Translations under genes and position numbers: made by a program
Assembly: GCA_963695545.1 (NCBI GenBank)
Contig: OY968796.1
Coordinates: 416,001-480,000 of the forward strand
DNA: 64,000 nucleotides
Origin: Terriglobia bacterium
GTDB lineage: Bacteria > Acidobacteriota > Terriglobia > Acidiferrales > UBA7541
Direction of reading: 5' to 3'
The notes under the pieces: model-generated
Databases searched by the model: none
What the model was told of the DNA's origin: nothing
The model's input: the letters and a program-made list of their open reading frames with translations, nothing else
Part shown: in pieces, positions 9,864 through 19,953 of the stretch
How the letters are laid out: every line of letters starts with the position of its first letter
Position numbering within the stretch: the first letter of the stretch is position 1

Positions 9864-10919
9864 ATGGCCATCATGTATTTCGATCAGGACGCCGATCTTT
9901 CGCTGATTCAAGCGAAGAAAGTGGCGATCCTGGGTTACGGCTCGCAGGGCCACGCGCACGCTTTGAATCTGCGCGATTCCGGCGTGGACGTGCGGGTCGG
10001 TCTGCCGGCGGGCAGCCGTTCGCGCGCGAAGGCCGAAGCGGCGGGCCTCAAAGTTCTCACCACGTCGGAAGCCGCGGCGTGGGGTGACCTGATTTCGCTG
10101 CTTCTTCCGGACACCACGCTGCCGGCCGTGTATCGCGCCGATGTCGCGCCGCATTTGAAGAAAGGCAAAACGCTGCTTTTCGCGCACGGATTCAATATTC
10201 GCTTCGGCACGCTGCCGATTCCCGCCGACGTCGACGTGATCATGATCGCGCCGAAAGCGCCCGGCCACCGCGTGCGCGAAGTGTTCGTCGAAGGCGGCGG
10301 CACACCGTCGCTGCTCGCGATTCATCAAGACGCCAGCGGCCAAGCCAAGAAACTCGCGCTCTCCTACGCTAAAGCGCTGGGCGCCACGCGCGCCGGCGTG
10401 ATCGAAACCACATTTGCCGAAGAGACCGAAACAGATTTGTTCGGTGAGCAGGCCGTGCTCTGCGGCGGCGTCAGCGAACTGGTGAAAGCTGGCTTCCAAA
10501 CTTTGGTGGACGCGGGCTATCAACCGGAGATCGCCTACTTCGAGGTTTTGCACGAACTCAAGCTGATCGTGGATCTTTTCTATCGCGGAGGGCTTTCCTA
10601 CATGCGCTATTCCGTCAGCGACACGGCCGAGTGGGGCGATTACGTTTCGGGACCGAAAGTCGTCACCGCGCAAACGCGCCAGGCCATGCGCGAAATTCTG
10701 AAGAACATCACGGACGGAACTTTCGCGCGCGAATGGATTGCGGAAAATGAAACCGGCCGCGCAAAATTCAACGCTGCGCGCGCCGCAGATCAGAAACTCC
10801 TGATCGAACAAGTCGGCGCGCGTCTGCGCGGCATGATGGCGTTCCTTCAGCCGGTCGTGGTCACTGCCGATGGCGTGCAGCCCGCGACGCCTGCGCGTTC
10901 GGCCGCAAGCCCGAAGTGA
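9864..10919 (+). CDS. ilvC: Ketol-acid reductoisomerase
   Basis: [33 protein letters not shown]. Confidence 0.97.
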   Translation: MAIMYFDQDADLSLIQAKKVAILGYGSQGHAHALNLRDSGVDVRVGLPAGSRSRAKAEAAGLKVLTTSEAAAWGDLISLLLPDTTLPAVYRADVAPHLKKGKTLLFAHGFNIRFGTLPIPADVDVIMIAPKAPGHRVREVFVEGGGTPSLLAIHQDASGQAKKLALSYAKALGATRAGVIETTFAEETETDLFGEQAVLCGGVSELVKAGFQTLVDAGYQPEIAYFEVLHELKLIVDLFYRGGLSYMRYSVSDTAEWGDYVSGPKVVTAQTRQAMREILKNITDGTFAREWIAENETGRAKFNAARAADQKLLIEQVGARLRGMMAFLQPVVVTADGVQPATPARSAASPK

Positions 10920-11287
10920 CCGCGCGCGTCACGCGCATCGATCACATTCAAATCGCCGCGCCGGAAGGATGCGCAGCCGCCGCGCGCGATTTCTACGGCT
11001 CGCTCCTCGGCATGAAAGAAATCGAAAAGCCGCCGCTCTTGCGCGCGCGCGGCGGCTGCTGGTTCGAGTGCGGCGATCGCCAGATCCACATCGGCGTCGA
11101 GAAGGATTTCGCGCCCGCCAAGAAAGCGCATCCGGCGTTCGCCGTCGCCGATCTCGATGAATTGCGAAAAGCGCTCGCCGCCCGCGGCATCGCCGTCATC
11201 GACGATGACACAATCCCCGGCACGCGCCGCTTCTACGCCGAAGATCCTTGGGGCAATCGCCTCGAATTCGTCGAAGGCCGGCGCTAG
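10916..11287 (+). CDS. VOC/glyoxalase-family protein
   Basis: [32 protein letters not shown]. Confidence 0.9.
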   Translation: MTARVTRIDHIQIAAPEGCAAAARDFYGSLLGMKEIEKPPLLRARGGCWFECGDRQIHIGVEKDFAPAKKAHPAFAVADLDELRKALAARGIAVIDDDTIPGTRRFYAEDPWGNRLEFVEGRR

Positions 11288-11361
11288 TGCGAGGAATTCC
11301 GCACTAAGTCGGCTGCGGTCAAACGATCTGTGTATAATACGCGGTCTCAGGAGGTCACTTC

Positions 11362-12018
11362 ATGTTGCGCATAAACGACGAAGCTCCCAACTTCACCGCC
11401 GAAACTTCGCAGGGCACCATCAACTTCCACGAATGGATCGGCGATGGCTGGGCGATTTTGTTCTCGCATCCCAAGGACTTTACGCCGGTGTGCACCACGG
11501 AACTCGGATACATGGCCGGGTTGCAGCCGGAATTCGCGAAGCGAAATACCAAGATCATCGGACTCAGCGTGGACCCCGTGACCAGTCACAGCAAGTGGGC
11601 CTTGGACATCGAGGATACTCAAGGCCACAAAGTGAATTTTCCGATGATCGGCGACCCGGAACTCAAGATCGCCAAACTTTATGACATGTTGCCTGCCGAC
11701 TCCGGAAATACTTCCGAAGGCCGCACCGCCGCCATCAACGCCACCGTGCGCACGGTGTTCGTCGTCGGTCCCGACAAGAAAATCAAGTTGATGCTCAGCT
11801 ATCCGATGAGCACCGGCCGGAACTTCGACGAAGTCCTGCGCGTGGTCGATTCGATGCAACTCACCGCCAAACACAAAGTGGCCACCCCGGTGAACTGGAA
11901 GCAGGGCGAAGACGTGATCATTTTGCCGTCGGTGTCTGAGGAAGAAGCCAAGCAGAAGTATCCCGGCGGCTGGAAAGCCCCGCGGCCCTATCTGCGGATC
12001 GTTCCTCAACCCAAGTAG
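11362..12018 (+). CDS. 1-Cys peroxiredoxin (Prx6 type)
   Basis: FSHPKDFTPVCTTE, YPMSTGRNFDE, ATPVNW. Confidence 0.95.
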   Translation: MLRINDEAPNFTAETSQGTINFHEWIGDGWAILFSHPKDFTPVCTTELGYMAGLQPEFAKRNTKIIGLSVDPVTSHSKWALDIEDTQGHKVNFPMIGDPELKIAKLYDMLPADSGNTSEGRTAAINATVRTVFVVGPDKKIKLMLSYPMSTGRNFDEVLRVVDSMQLTAKHKVATPVNWKQGEDVIILPSVSEEEAKQKYPGGWKAPRPYLRIVPQPK

Positions 12019-12044
12019 CGATTTGCAAGCGAGGTTCGCGCGCG

Positions 12045-13454
12045 GTGATCTTCAAACAGTTCTATCTGCCGTGCCTGGCGCACGCTTCCTATGTGGTTGG
12101 AGACGAAGCGACAGGCACGGCAGCCATCGTTGACCCGCAACGCGACACCGATCAGTACATCGCCTTCGCATCCGAGCACGCGCTCCGAATCAAACACGTA
12201 TTCCTGACGCATCTCCACGCCGATTTCGTCGCCGGACATTTGGAGCTGCGCGATCGCGCAGGCGCAAAAATCTATCTGGGCGCGGCCGCCAAAGCGGCAT
12301 ACGCGTTCACGCCTCTTCGCGATGGCGAGCTTGTCGAATTCGGACGCGTCCGCCTGAAGATTCTGGAAACGCCGGGCCACACTCCGGAATCGATTTCCAT
12401 CCTGGTCTACGATCTGAACGCCAGCGATGCGCAGCCGCAGTCCGTGCTCACCGGCGACACTTTGTTCATCGGCGATGTAGGGCGCCCCGATCTGCGCGCG
12501 GCCCTCGGCTGGTCGGCAAACGATCTTGGCGGTCTACTGTTCGATTCGCTGCGCAACAAATTGTTGCCGTTACCCGATCCGTGCCTGGTTTATCCGGCCC
12601 ACGGCGCGGGTTCGCTCTGCGGCAAGGCGCTCAGCAAGGAAACCGTATCGACACTCGGAGAGCAGCGCCGCACAAACTACGCGCTGCAGCCCATGAGCAA
12701 GGAAGCCTTCATTCACGTGGTCACAGCCGATCAACCGGACGCCCCGGCCTACTTCACCTATGACGCCGTGCTGAATAGCCAGGAGCGCCCTACTCTCGAC
12801 CAAGCCCTGGCGCGCGGGATGAACTCGCTGACGCTCGATCGTGTGCTTGAATTGCAGTCGGCCGGCGCTCAGATTCTCGACACCCGCGATGCCGCCGAAT
12901 TTGCCGCGGCGCATCTGGTGGGCAGCATCAACATCGGCCTCGTCGGCCAATACGCCACCTGGGCCGGAACCGTGCTCGATCGCACGCATCCGATCGTGAT
13001 CATCGCGGACCCCGGCATGGAAAATGAATCCGCGATTCGACTGGGACGCATCGGCTTCGATCACGTCGCCGGATATTTGCGCAACGGCTTGCACAGCCTC
13101 GAATCGCGCCCAGAACTCGTCGCGTTCACCGAACGCCTCAGCGCGCCGTTCGCCGCGCAGCTATTGTCCGCGCCCCAGCCGCCGCTGGTGATTGATGTTC
13201 GCGCGCCGGGCGAGCGCGATCGCAAGCGCATCGCGGGAAGTCTGGGCATCCCGCTCAATCATCTGGCTGAAAATATGGCGAAGCTCCCGAGGGACCAAGC
13301 GCTGCTGGTCTATTGCGCCGGCGGCTACCGGTCGTCCATCGCGGCGAGCTTGCTGCAGCGCGGCGGATTTGGCTCCGTCGGTGAAATCGCCGGCGGCATC
13401 GTGGGGTGGGAAACCGCAAATCTGCCGGTTCAAACCGCTCAGGTCCCCTCATAG
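12045..13454 (+). CDS. MBL-fold hydrolase (persulfide dioxygenase-like) fused to two rhodanese domains
   Basis: THLHADF, TPGHT, GDTLFIGDVGRPD, HGAGSLCG, YCAGGYRS. Confidence 0.92.
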   Translation: MIFKQFYLPCLAHASYVVGDEATGTAAIVDPQRDTDQYIAFASEHALRIKHVFLTHLHADFVAGHLELRDRAGAKIYLGAAAKAAYAFTPLRDGELVEFGRVRLKILETPGHTPESISILVYDLNASDAQPQSVLTGDTLFIGDVGRPDLRAALGWSANDLGGLLFDSLRNKLLPLPDPCLVYPAHGAGSLCGKALSKETVSTLGEQRRTNYALQPMSKEAFIHVVTADQPDAPAYFTYDAVLNSQERPTLDQALARGMNSLTLDRVLELQSAGAQILDTRDAAEFAAAHLVGSINIGLVGQYATWAGTVLDRTHPIVIIADPGMENESAIRLGRIGFDHVAGYLRNGLHSLESRPELVAFTERLSAPFAAQLLSAPQPPLVIDVRAPGERDRKRIAGSLGIPLNHLAENMAKLPRDQALLVYCAGGYRSSIAASLLQRGGFGSVGEIAGGIVGWETANLPVQTAQVPS

Positions 13455-13496
13455 AAATTTCGGAGCGTCATTCGGCGCCGCGGCGAGAGAGCGCAA

Positions 13497-13543
13497 CCGC
13501 GGCATCGCTGTCGTCGACGACGGTGCGATCTCGGCACGCGCCG
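13497..13543 (+). pseudogene. Diverged remnant of the 3' part of the VOC gene (copy of 11182-11229)
   Basis: ccgcggcatcgctgtcgtcgacgac...tcggcacgcgccg vs ccgcggcatcgccgtcatcgacgat...ccggcacgcgccg; RGIAVVDD vs RGIAVIDD. Confidence 0.75.
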
Positions 13544-13604
13544 ACTTGGCTGTCGGATTCTCGCGCTTGGCCAGATGAACGCCGCACCGTAAAATGAATG
13601 TGTC

Positions 13605-15161
13605 ATGAGAATCGGGATCGATTTTGGAACCACTCGCATAGTTGTCGCCGCAGCGGACCGAGGTAACTATCCCCTCGTGAATTTCGAGGCGCCTGACGGA
13701 CGCGTGCGGGATTGGTTTCCCTCGCTGCTCGCAGTGTCGGGCGACAAGCGCGCGTATGGATGGGAGGCGCTCGAGAAGCAGGGCAAAACCGGCTGGACCG
13801 TTGTGCGCTCTCTCAAGCGCCGACTGAAGAACGCTGGTCCCTGCAGCACGATCGACATTGCGGGCCAGCACCTCAGCGTGTCTCTGCTCATGACCGAAAT
13901 GATGACGGCCTTGCGACGCGAGCTCATGGAAAAATCCACGTTGGGCGCCCGCAAATACGATCGGCTCCAAATCATGCTCGGCGTTCCGGCCAACGCCAAC
14001 AGCAACCAGCGATTTCTGACGCAAGAAGCCGCGCGTGCAGCGGGCTTCGAAGTGCTTGGCCTGTTGAACGAGCCATCGGCCGCCGCGGTTGAGTTTGCCC
14101 ACCGCAACGGCAATGACCGCAAGAATCGCGCGAAAGGCGGATTGCTTGTTTATGACTTGGGCGGCGGAACCTTCGACGTCTCGCTTGTGTCGCTGGGAGA
14201 AACCGAGCGCTCGGTGATTGCGTCCGACGGCATCCCCGATTTGGGCGGCGACGATTTCGACGAGATTCTCGCCGTGCTGGCCCTGGCCGAGGCCGGCAAG
14301 CCCGAGCTCGCCGAAGATTCGCTTTCGGGAGCGGAGTGGTACCTGCTATTTGACGAATGCCGCGAAAAGAAAGAATCGCTCGGTTCCAACAGCCGCAAGA
14401 TCACTATCGATTTGGAGCGCGTTCGGAAAGAATGGAGGGAAGTCTCGATCAGCGTGGACGCATTCTATGAACGGTGCCGTCCTTTAGTGGAATCCTCGCG
14501 CCGGGTCGCGGAAGCCCTCCTCGCAGCCCATCCCGATCACGCCATTGATACTTTGTATTTGACGGGCGGCGGATCGGAACTGCCTCCGGTCGCGCGCGTC
14601 CTGCGCGAAACCTTCGGACGCAGAGTGCAGCGATCGGCATACATGCGTTCGGCCACGGCGATCGGTTTGGCCATCCGCGCCGAAGGACATGAAAGTGCGC
14701 CCCTGCGCGACCAGTTCACAAACAATTTCGGCGTTTGGCGCGAAGCGGATGATGGCCGCAACGTGGTCTTCGATGTCATTTTTCCGCGTGGCGCTAAACT
14801 TCCCTCGCGCGGCGAAGAACCGCTGCGAATGGTCCGTTCGTACCGCCCGGTGCACAACATCGGTTATTTTCGCTATCTCGAATGCGTCCATCTCGGCGCC
14901 AACAATCAACCCGAGGGCGAGATCAGCAATTGGGATGAGATTCGCGTGGCCTTCGATCCCAGTCTGCGCGATTCCGCCGACCTGACCGATCAACCCGTTC
15001 GCCGCTACGCTCCCCCGCAGGAATTATTGATCGAAGAGGAATACACCTGCGATGCAAACGGCGATGTAGGAGTCAGGATTCGCGATAAGGTCTCCCAACA
15101 AGCGAACGAGTACCGGCTCGGCCGCTGGTCGAAACACCGCAAGAGAATAAAACAAAGATAA
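13605..15161 (+). CDS. Atypical Hsp70-family protein
   Basis: GIDFGTT, NEPSAAA, YDLGGGTFDVS, LGGDDFD, LTGGGS; non-canonical C-terminal region. Confidence 0.88.
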   Translation: MRIGIDFGTTRIVVAAADRGNYPLVNFEAPDGRVRDWFPSLLAVSGDKRAYGWEALEKQGKTGWTVVRSLKRRLKNAGPCSTIDIAGQHLSVSLLMTEMMTALRRELMEKSTLGARKYDRLQIMLGVPANANSNQRFLTQEAARAAGFEVLGLLNEPSAAAVEFAHRNGNDRKNRAKGGLLVYDLGGGTFDVSLVSLGETERSVIASDGIPDLGGDDFDEILAVLALAEAGKPELAEDSLSGAEWYLLFDECREKKESLGSNSRKITIDLERVRKEWREVSISVDAFYERCRPLVESSRRVAEALLAAHPDHAIDTLYLTGGGSELPPVARVLRETFGRRVQRSAYMRSATAIGLAIRAEGHESAPLRDQFTNNFGVWREADDGRNVVFDVIFPRGAKLPSRGEEPLRMVRSYRPVHNIGYFRYLECVHLGANNQPEGEISNWDEIRVAFDPSLRDSADLTDQPVRRYAPPQELLIEEEYTCDANGDVGVRIRDKVSQQANEYRLGRWSKHRKRIKQR

Positions 15162-15405
15162 CACGCACCTCGCAGATTAACTTTCTGATGAGTCACGCCG
15201 GCTGGGTGCCGTCAGAAACTAGATTGGGACACCACCAGAAAAAAGAAGAGATTGACGCGTGCTTGGCACGCCGGTTCTACGCCTTAGACCGTTAGGGCGA
15301 CTCGAAATCGTTGAGAGCCAGCCTTAGCCTCGCCGCAGTCCGAAGGAAGGGATGATAGTCGGTCAGATTCCGACTGGCGCGTTAATCAGGCAGTTGAGCA
15401 AGCCG

Positions 15406-16023
15406 TTAGTCTGGTCCTACCTGACTAAGAACCTTGCCATTGGCGTCTAGGAAGGTAAGGCGGGGAGTACCGTCCGCGGGCACCTCCATTAAAATGCGTT
15501 TCCTTCCTTGGCCATCCATAAGAGCGAGCGTTGCCGTGCCATCTGCACCGCGTCCAACCCACACCCGGCGATGGTTCTCTGCGCCAATCGCGCTATCCGT
15601 AATCGCGAGGCCCGCGAAGCGATCCTCGTTGTCGTCAACGCCGGCCAGTTGCACAATTTGATTAGCGCCGTATCTGTCAAACGACAGACTTCCGCCCGAG
15701 TCGACGACTTCGCCTTTTGAATCCCGGCGCCCCCCAAAAATCAGGCCTCCGTCCTCGGAGCCTTCGTCGTTATAAAACAGCATGCCGGCCTGCGGACGTT
15801 GAGGCGCTTCCTCTTTGCCGTGCAAGATAACTCCGGGTAGCCGAGCGTGATCGGAGATTACCATTCGCAGAGTTCCGTCCGGCTCGACCACATTAATGCG
15901 GTGAACAGTGATCTCTGTGAAGTTAGCTGTTTTGGGAGATACCGCGCCCGCACAGAGTAGCACCACCAAAATGCTGCTCACGGCGACTGAATATATTAAA
16001 AGAATTCGCTGAGTGAGACCCAC
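15406..16023 (-). CDS. Hypothetical protein, N-terminal membrane anchor, beta-rich
   Basis: 205-aa ORF with GGAGG RBS and GTG start; codon usage more AT-rich than neighbours. Confidence 0.7.
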   Translation of the reverse strand: MGLTQRILLIYSVAVSSILVVLLCAGAVSPKTANFTEITVHRINVVEPDGTLRMVISDHARLPGVILHGKEEAPQRPQAGMLFYNDEGSEDGGLIFGGRRDSKGEVVDSGGSLSFDRYGANQIVQLAGVDDNEDRFAGLAITDSAIGAENHRRVWVGRGADGTATLALMDGQGRKRILMEVPADGTPRLTFLDANGKVLSQVGPD

Positions 16024-16316
16024 GGTTGCCTCCAGGCTATGTTGATGTCTTGCCTGGGTATCGCTTAGGCCCGAAGCCTGGCGAAACCCAAGACGTGATC
16101 GCTGGATGCTAGGTCTCGCTTAGTACCGTGTCAACACGTGCTAGCCTATTTAGCCTCACGAGAAAATCGAGCGGGGACATACCAGAAACGCCAGGGTCCG
16201 AACTCCTCCGTTACCCGCTAGCAAAACGTGAAGTGCCAAAGCCGGCGCTGAGATCGTGGACAGCAATCGGCTAGCTCGATAATGGGAACCCGACCCACCG
16301 CGGGGAAAAGAAGAGA

Positions 16317-16345
16317 TTGACACGCGCCGGGTGCGCACCTAGACT
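16317..16345 (+). promoter_or_regulatory. sigma70 promoter of the aromatic leader-pheA-DAHPS unit
   Basis: TTGACA-17 nt-TAGACT. Confidence 0.8.
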
Positions 16346-16366
16346 GTCGTTGTCGGCAAGCTATCA

Positions 16367-16453
16367 ATGAACTACGCGCTCTATTTCGCCTTTAGCCGCC
16401 GCTTCTCCCCTTGGTCGTGGAGAAGCGGAGAGACTGGGGCTGTGCGCGGTTAG
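16367..16453 (+). CDS. Aromatic amino acid leader peptide, 28 aa
   Basis: MNYALYFAFSRRFSPWSWRSGETGAVRG*: 2 Tyr, 3 Phe, 2 Trp in the first 18 codons. Confidence 0.85.
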   Translation: MNYALYFAFSRRFSPWSWRSGETGAVRG

Positions 16454-16497
16454 GATCAGCAGGTAGCCGAGCAAAACCGAGCGAGTTTCCCAGTCTG

Positions 16498-16533
16498 GCC
16501 GCGATCTCCGAAACGGAGCGCGGCTTTTTTATT
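16498..16533 (+). terminator. Intrinsic attenuator terminator upstream of pheA
   Basis: GCCGCG-at-CTCCG-aaa-CGGAG-CGCGGC then TTTTTTATT. Confidence 0.88.
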
Positions 16534-16558
16534 GCCCGGTGGTTTTCTGGAGGAGACG

Positions 16559-17428
16559 TTGAACACCAAGCCCCTGCGCGTGGCATTCCAAGGCGAGCCC
16601 GGCGCATTCAGCGAAGCGGCCGCCGTTGGTTTGCTCGGCGAAGCGATCGAAACCGTGCCGCGCCCCACGTTTGACCGCACGTTTGCCGCGATCGACGATG
16701 GCGCCGCGGATTTGCTGATGGTGCCGATCGAAAACAGCCTAGCCGGCTCCGTGCTGCGCGTTTTCGATCTGCTGCTCGATCATCGCCTCGCGATTCGCGC
16801 CGAAACGGTGATCCCCATCGAGCACGATCTGATCGCCTGTCCCGGCGCCACGCTCGAAGGCATTCGCTCGGTGGAATCGCATCCGATGGCGCTCGCGCAG
16901 TGCGAGCGATTGATTTCCGCGCATCCCGATTGGAAGCGCGTCCCCGCGGAAGACACTGCCGGCAGCGTCCGCGAAGTTCTCGCGCGCGGAGATCTTTCGC
17001 GCGCGGCCATCGCCGGCCGCCGCGCCGCAAAACATTACGGCGGAGTGGTGCTCGCCAGCGGCGTGCAGGACAACGCCCGGAACTTCACGCGCTTCCTGCT
17101 TCTTTCCACCGATCACAGCCCCGTCCCCGGCGCCGACAAAATGACGCTCGTCACGCGTCTTGCGCACAAACCCGGTGCGCTGCTTTCCGCGCTGCAGCCG
17201 TTTGCGCGACGCGGCGTGAATCTTCTCAAGATCGAAAGCCGCCCGATTCACGGCTGCCCCTGGGAATATCAATTTTTTCTGGATGTCGAAGCGACTTCGC
17301 CCGGCGCGCTCGAACAAGCCGTGGCTGAGTTGCGCAAAGAAACGCAGGAAGTGCGCGTGCTCGGCCTTTATCCCGGCGCGCGAAACCATTCGGAGGAACC
17401 AGCAACCTCCGCGGGGAGAAAGCCATGA
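16559..17428 (+). CDS. pheA: Prephenate dehydratase with ACT domain
   Basis: [45 protein letters not shown] start after GGAGG. Confidence 0.95.
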   Translation: MNTKPLRVAFQGEPGAFSEAAAVGLLGEAIETVPRPTFDRTFAAIDDGAADLLMVPIENSLAGSVLRVFDLLLDHRLAIRAETVIPIEHDLIACPGATLEGIRSVESHPMALAQCERLISAHPDWKRVPAEDTAGSVREVLARGDLSRAAIAGRRAAKHYGGVVLASGVQDNARNFTRFLLLSTDHSPVPGADKMTLVTRLAHKPGALLSALQPFARRGVNLLKIESRPIHGCPWEYQFFLDVEATSPGALEQAVAELRKETQEVRVLGLYPGARNHSEEPATSAGRKP

Positions 17429-18387
17429 GCACACGTCCGATGATTTCGCGCGCGGAACGCCCGAGCGGTTCGCGCGCAGCACAAGCCGCCGCGCCGCGAT
17501 CGAGCGCGGCCGGCCGCAGCATCGCGCGCGGAACGGCCCGCGCCGTACCGGTTGAGATCCCCGCCAAGCCCGTGCCGCCGTTCCGCTTAGCCAGCCGCGA
17601 ATTCCATCCCGAATCGAGTATCGTGCGCGCCGCCGGCGTCTCGATCGGCGCGGGATTGATCGTGATCGCGGGACCCTGCTCGGTGGAATCGCGGCGGCAA
17701 ATTCTCGATACCGCGCGGCGCGTCAAAGCCGCCGGCGCCAACATGCTTCGTGGCGGCGCCTACAAGCCGCGCACCTCACCCTACGATTTTCAGGGCCTGG
17801 GCCCGAAGGCGCTGGGTTGGCTGGCGGAAGCGCGCGAAGAAACCGGCCTACCGATTGTGACGGAGGTATTGAGCCAGGAAGATGTCGAACGCGTGGCCGA
17901 AATTGCGGACTTGATTCAGATCGGCGCGCGCAACATGCAGAACACTGCGCTGCTTCGCAAACTCGCGCGCGCGAAAAAGCCCGTGCTGCTGAAGCGCGGC
18001 CCATCGGCCACCATCGCGGAATGGCTGCTGGCCGCGGAATATTTATTGGCCGGCGGAAATCCCAACGTCGTACTGTGCGAGCGCGGCATCCGCACATTCG
18101 AGACAGCCACGCGCAACACGCTCGATCTTGTGAGCGTTGCGCTGGTAAAGCAGCTTTCGCATCTTCCCGTAATTGTGGACCCGTCGCACTCGACCGGCCT
18201 CTCGTCGCTTGTGCCGGCCGCGTCGCGCGCCGCCGTCGCCGTCGGCGCGGATGGACTCCTGATCGAAGTGCATCCGCATCCCGCCGAAGCCTGGTCGGAC
18301 GGCGCGCAGTCGCTTGAACCATCCGCGTTCGCCGCGCTCGTCCAAGAGCTTCGCGCGTGGCCGGCCCGGGCGAACGGTCACGCGTAG
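17425..18387 (+). CDS. aroF: DAHP synthase type I-beta lacking the N-terminal regulatory domain
   Basis: [37 protein letters not shown]; Arg/Ala-rich N-terminus. Confidence 0.92.
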   Translation: MSTRPMISRAERPSGSRAAQAAAPRSSAAGRSIARGTARAVPVEIPAKPVPPFRLASREFHPESSIVRAAGVSIGAGLIVIAGPCSVESRRQILDTARRVKAAGANMLRGGAYKPRTSPYDFQGLGPKALGWLAEAREETGLPIVTEVLSQEDVERVAEIADLIQIGARNMQNTALLRKLARAKKPVLLKRGPSATIAEWLLAAEYLLAGGNPNVVLCERGIRTFETATRNTLDLVSVALVKQLSHLPVIVDPSHSTGLSSLVPAASRAAVAVGADGLLIEVHPHPAEAWSDGAQSLEPSAFAALVQELRAWPARANGHA

Positions 18388-18463
18388 CGCCGCGATCGCG
18401 CACGACGCCAATCGATCAAATTTTCAACGAGATTATGTCCTTAGAAGGGAGGAACGCGCGCCG

Positions 18464-19390
18464 CTAACGCCGCGCTTCGACTGCCTGTGGCTCTTCCGCG
18501 GCCACGGGGGCCTTGCGGTGCTCGCGCACCAGCGCAACGAACGACTGCGCCGCGCGCGGCAAGCTGCGGTCGCGCCGATAAACGAGGCCAAGCGTGCGCC
18601 ACACGTCCACGCCTTCAAGCGGAATCAACTTCGCCTCGCCCGACTTCACTTCATCGCGGGCGAAACTCTCGCTGATGAACGAAACGCCCGCGTTGGCCAC
18701 CACGAAGCGCTTGATCATCCCGATGCTCGGCAACTCCATCGAGACGTGCATGCGCGAGCGGTAGGCCCGGAACAATTTATCGAGCACCTGGCGCGTGTAT
18801 CCCGTCTTCGGAAAAATCAGCGGCTGCTCGGCCACCGCCGCAAGCGTCACCTTGCTGAGGCTGGCCAGCGGGCTCTGCCGCCCGACCATCAGCATCATGC
18901 GATCCTTAAATATGGGATGAACCTTCAGGTTCGGCGATTTCACCGGCAGCGTGACGATGCCCACGTCGATCGTGCCGTCTTCAAGGCGTTGCAGAATCTT
19001 GTGGCTGAAATTGCGGTAGACGCTGACGTGCACCAAAGGGTAGCGGCGCTGATATTCCGCGAAGATGTCGGGCAGCACGTAAAGACACGTGGCCTCGTTC
19101 GCGCCGAAGTAAAGTGGCCCCTGCACGGTGGTGCCGCGATCGGCCACAGATTGCAGCGATTCGTCGCGCAGACGGAGCAGGCGCGCCGCGTAATCGAAAA
19201 GCACTTCGCCGGCCGGCGTAAGCTGCACGGATTTCGCCGAGCGATCGAGCAGCCGCGCTCCGTAAGCTTGTTCAAGCTGCCGAATTTGGGCGCTCACGGC
19301 CGATTGCGACCGAAAAACCTTCTGGCCCGCGCGAGAGAAGCTCCCGAGCTTGGCAACCTGAACGAACGTGGTCAGTTGATCGAAATCCAT
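18464..19390 (-). CDS. LysR-family transcriptional regulator
   Basis: HTH GSFSRAGQKVFRSQSAVSAQIRQLE plus substrate-binding domain. Confidence 0.95.
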   Translation of the reverse strand: MDFDQLTTFVQVAKLGSFSRAGQKVFRSQSAVSAQIRQLEQAYGARLLDRSAKSVQLTPAGEVLFDYAARLLRLRDESLQSVADRGTTVQGPLYFGANEATCLYVLPDIFAEYQRRYPLVHVSVYRNFSHKILQRLEDGTIDVGIVTLPVKSPNLKVHPIFKDRMMLMVGRQSPLASLSKVTLAAVAEQPLIFPKTGYTRQVLDKLFRAYRSRMHVSMELPSIGMIKRFVVANAGVSFISESFARDEVKSGEAKLIPLEGVDVWRTLGLVYRRDRSLPRAAQSFVALVREHRKAPVAAEEPQAVEARR

Positions 19391-19473
19391 GGGGTACCCA
19401 GTAGCTGCGCATTATACCGGATTTACCCTATTTCGGGTGGCCCGGAGGATTCTGACAAGCGGTCCTCTCGAAC

Positions 19474-19953
19474 CTAGGAGTAAAACCTCTCCATTCGATA
19501 ATTTGTGAGCCCAACGCCCCGCCGGACCACCTCTTGCGGTGCAACCACGTGGAATCCGACTCGTTCAAAAAACGGCCGAGCCGTAATGCTCGCCTCGGTA
19601 AAGATGCGACGGACGCCGCTCGCAAGCGCTTCTTCCTCGACGCGCCAGTAAAGCGCCGACGCCACACCGCGCCGCTGATGGAGGCTATGCACATACAGAT
19701 GATGGATGTGTCCGTCGAGACTGAATGTGACGAAACCAACGACGTCGGAATCGAGTTCGGCCACAAAGCCAGTCAGTCGGCTAAGCTGGCTGCGCCAATA
19801 TTCAGTGTCGGGGGGCTCAGGAGCCCACGCGGCCAGTTGCTCGGGCGAATAATCCTTTGCGCCAATGGCGTGAACCGATTCCGTGAAGACGCGAGCCAAG
19901 GCGGCAGCGTCCCTTGAAGCACACAAACGCACATTCATGACGGACGCCAACAT
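19474..19953 (-). CDS. GNAT N-acetyltransferase (YafP-like)
   Basis: DYSPEQLAAWAP, LYVHSLHQRRGVAS, EASITARPFFE. Confidence 0.88.
   Translation of the reverse strand: MLASVMNVRLCASRDAAALARVFTESVHAIGAKDYSPEQLAAWAPEPPDTEYWRSQLSRLTGFVAELDSDVVGFVTFSLDGHIHHLYVHSLHQRRGVASALYWRVEEEALASGVRRIFTEASITARPFFERVGFHVVAPQEVVRRGVGLTNYRMERFYS

Noticed and set aside
15182..15220. CTGATGAG...GAAAC resembling a hammerhead ribozyme core
   Set aside because: Stem II lacks the closing G-C pair before GAAA and no stems I/III are evident; TTTCTGATG simply pairs with CGTCAGAAA as an ordinary hairpin
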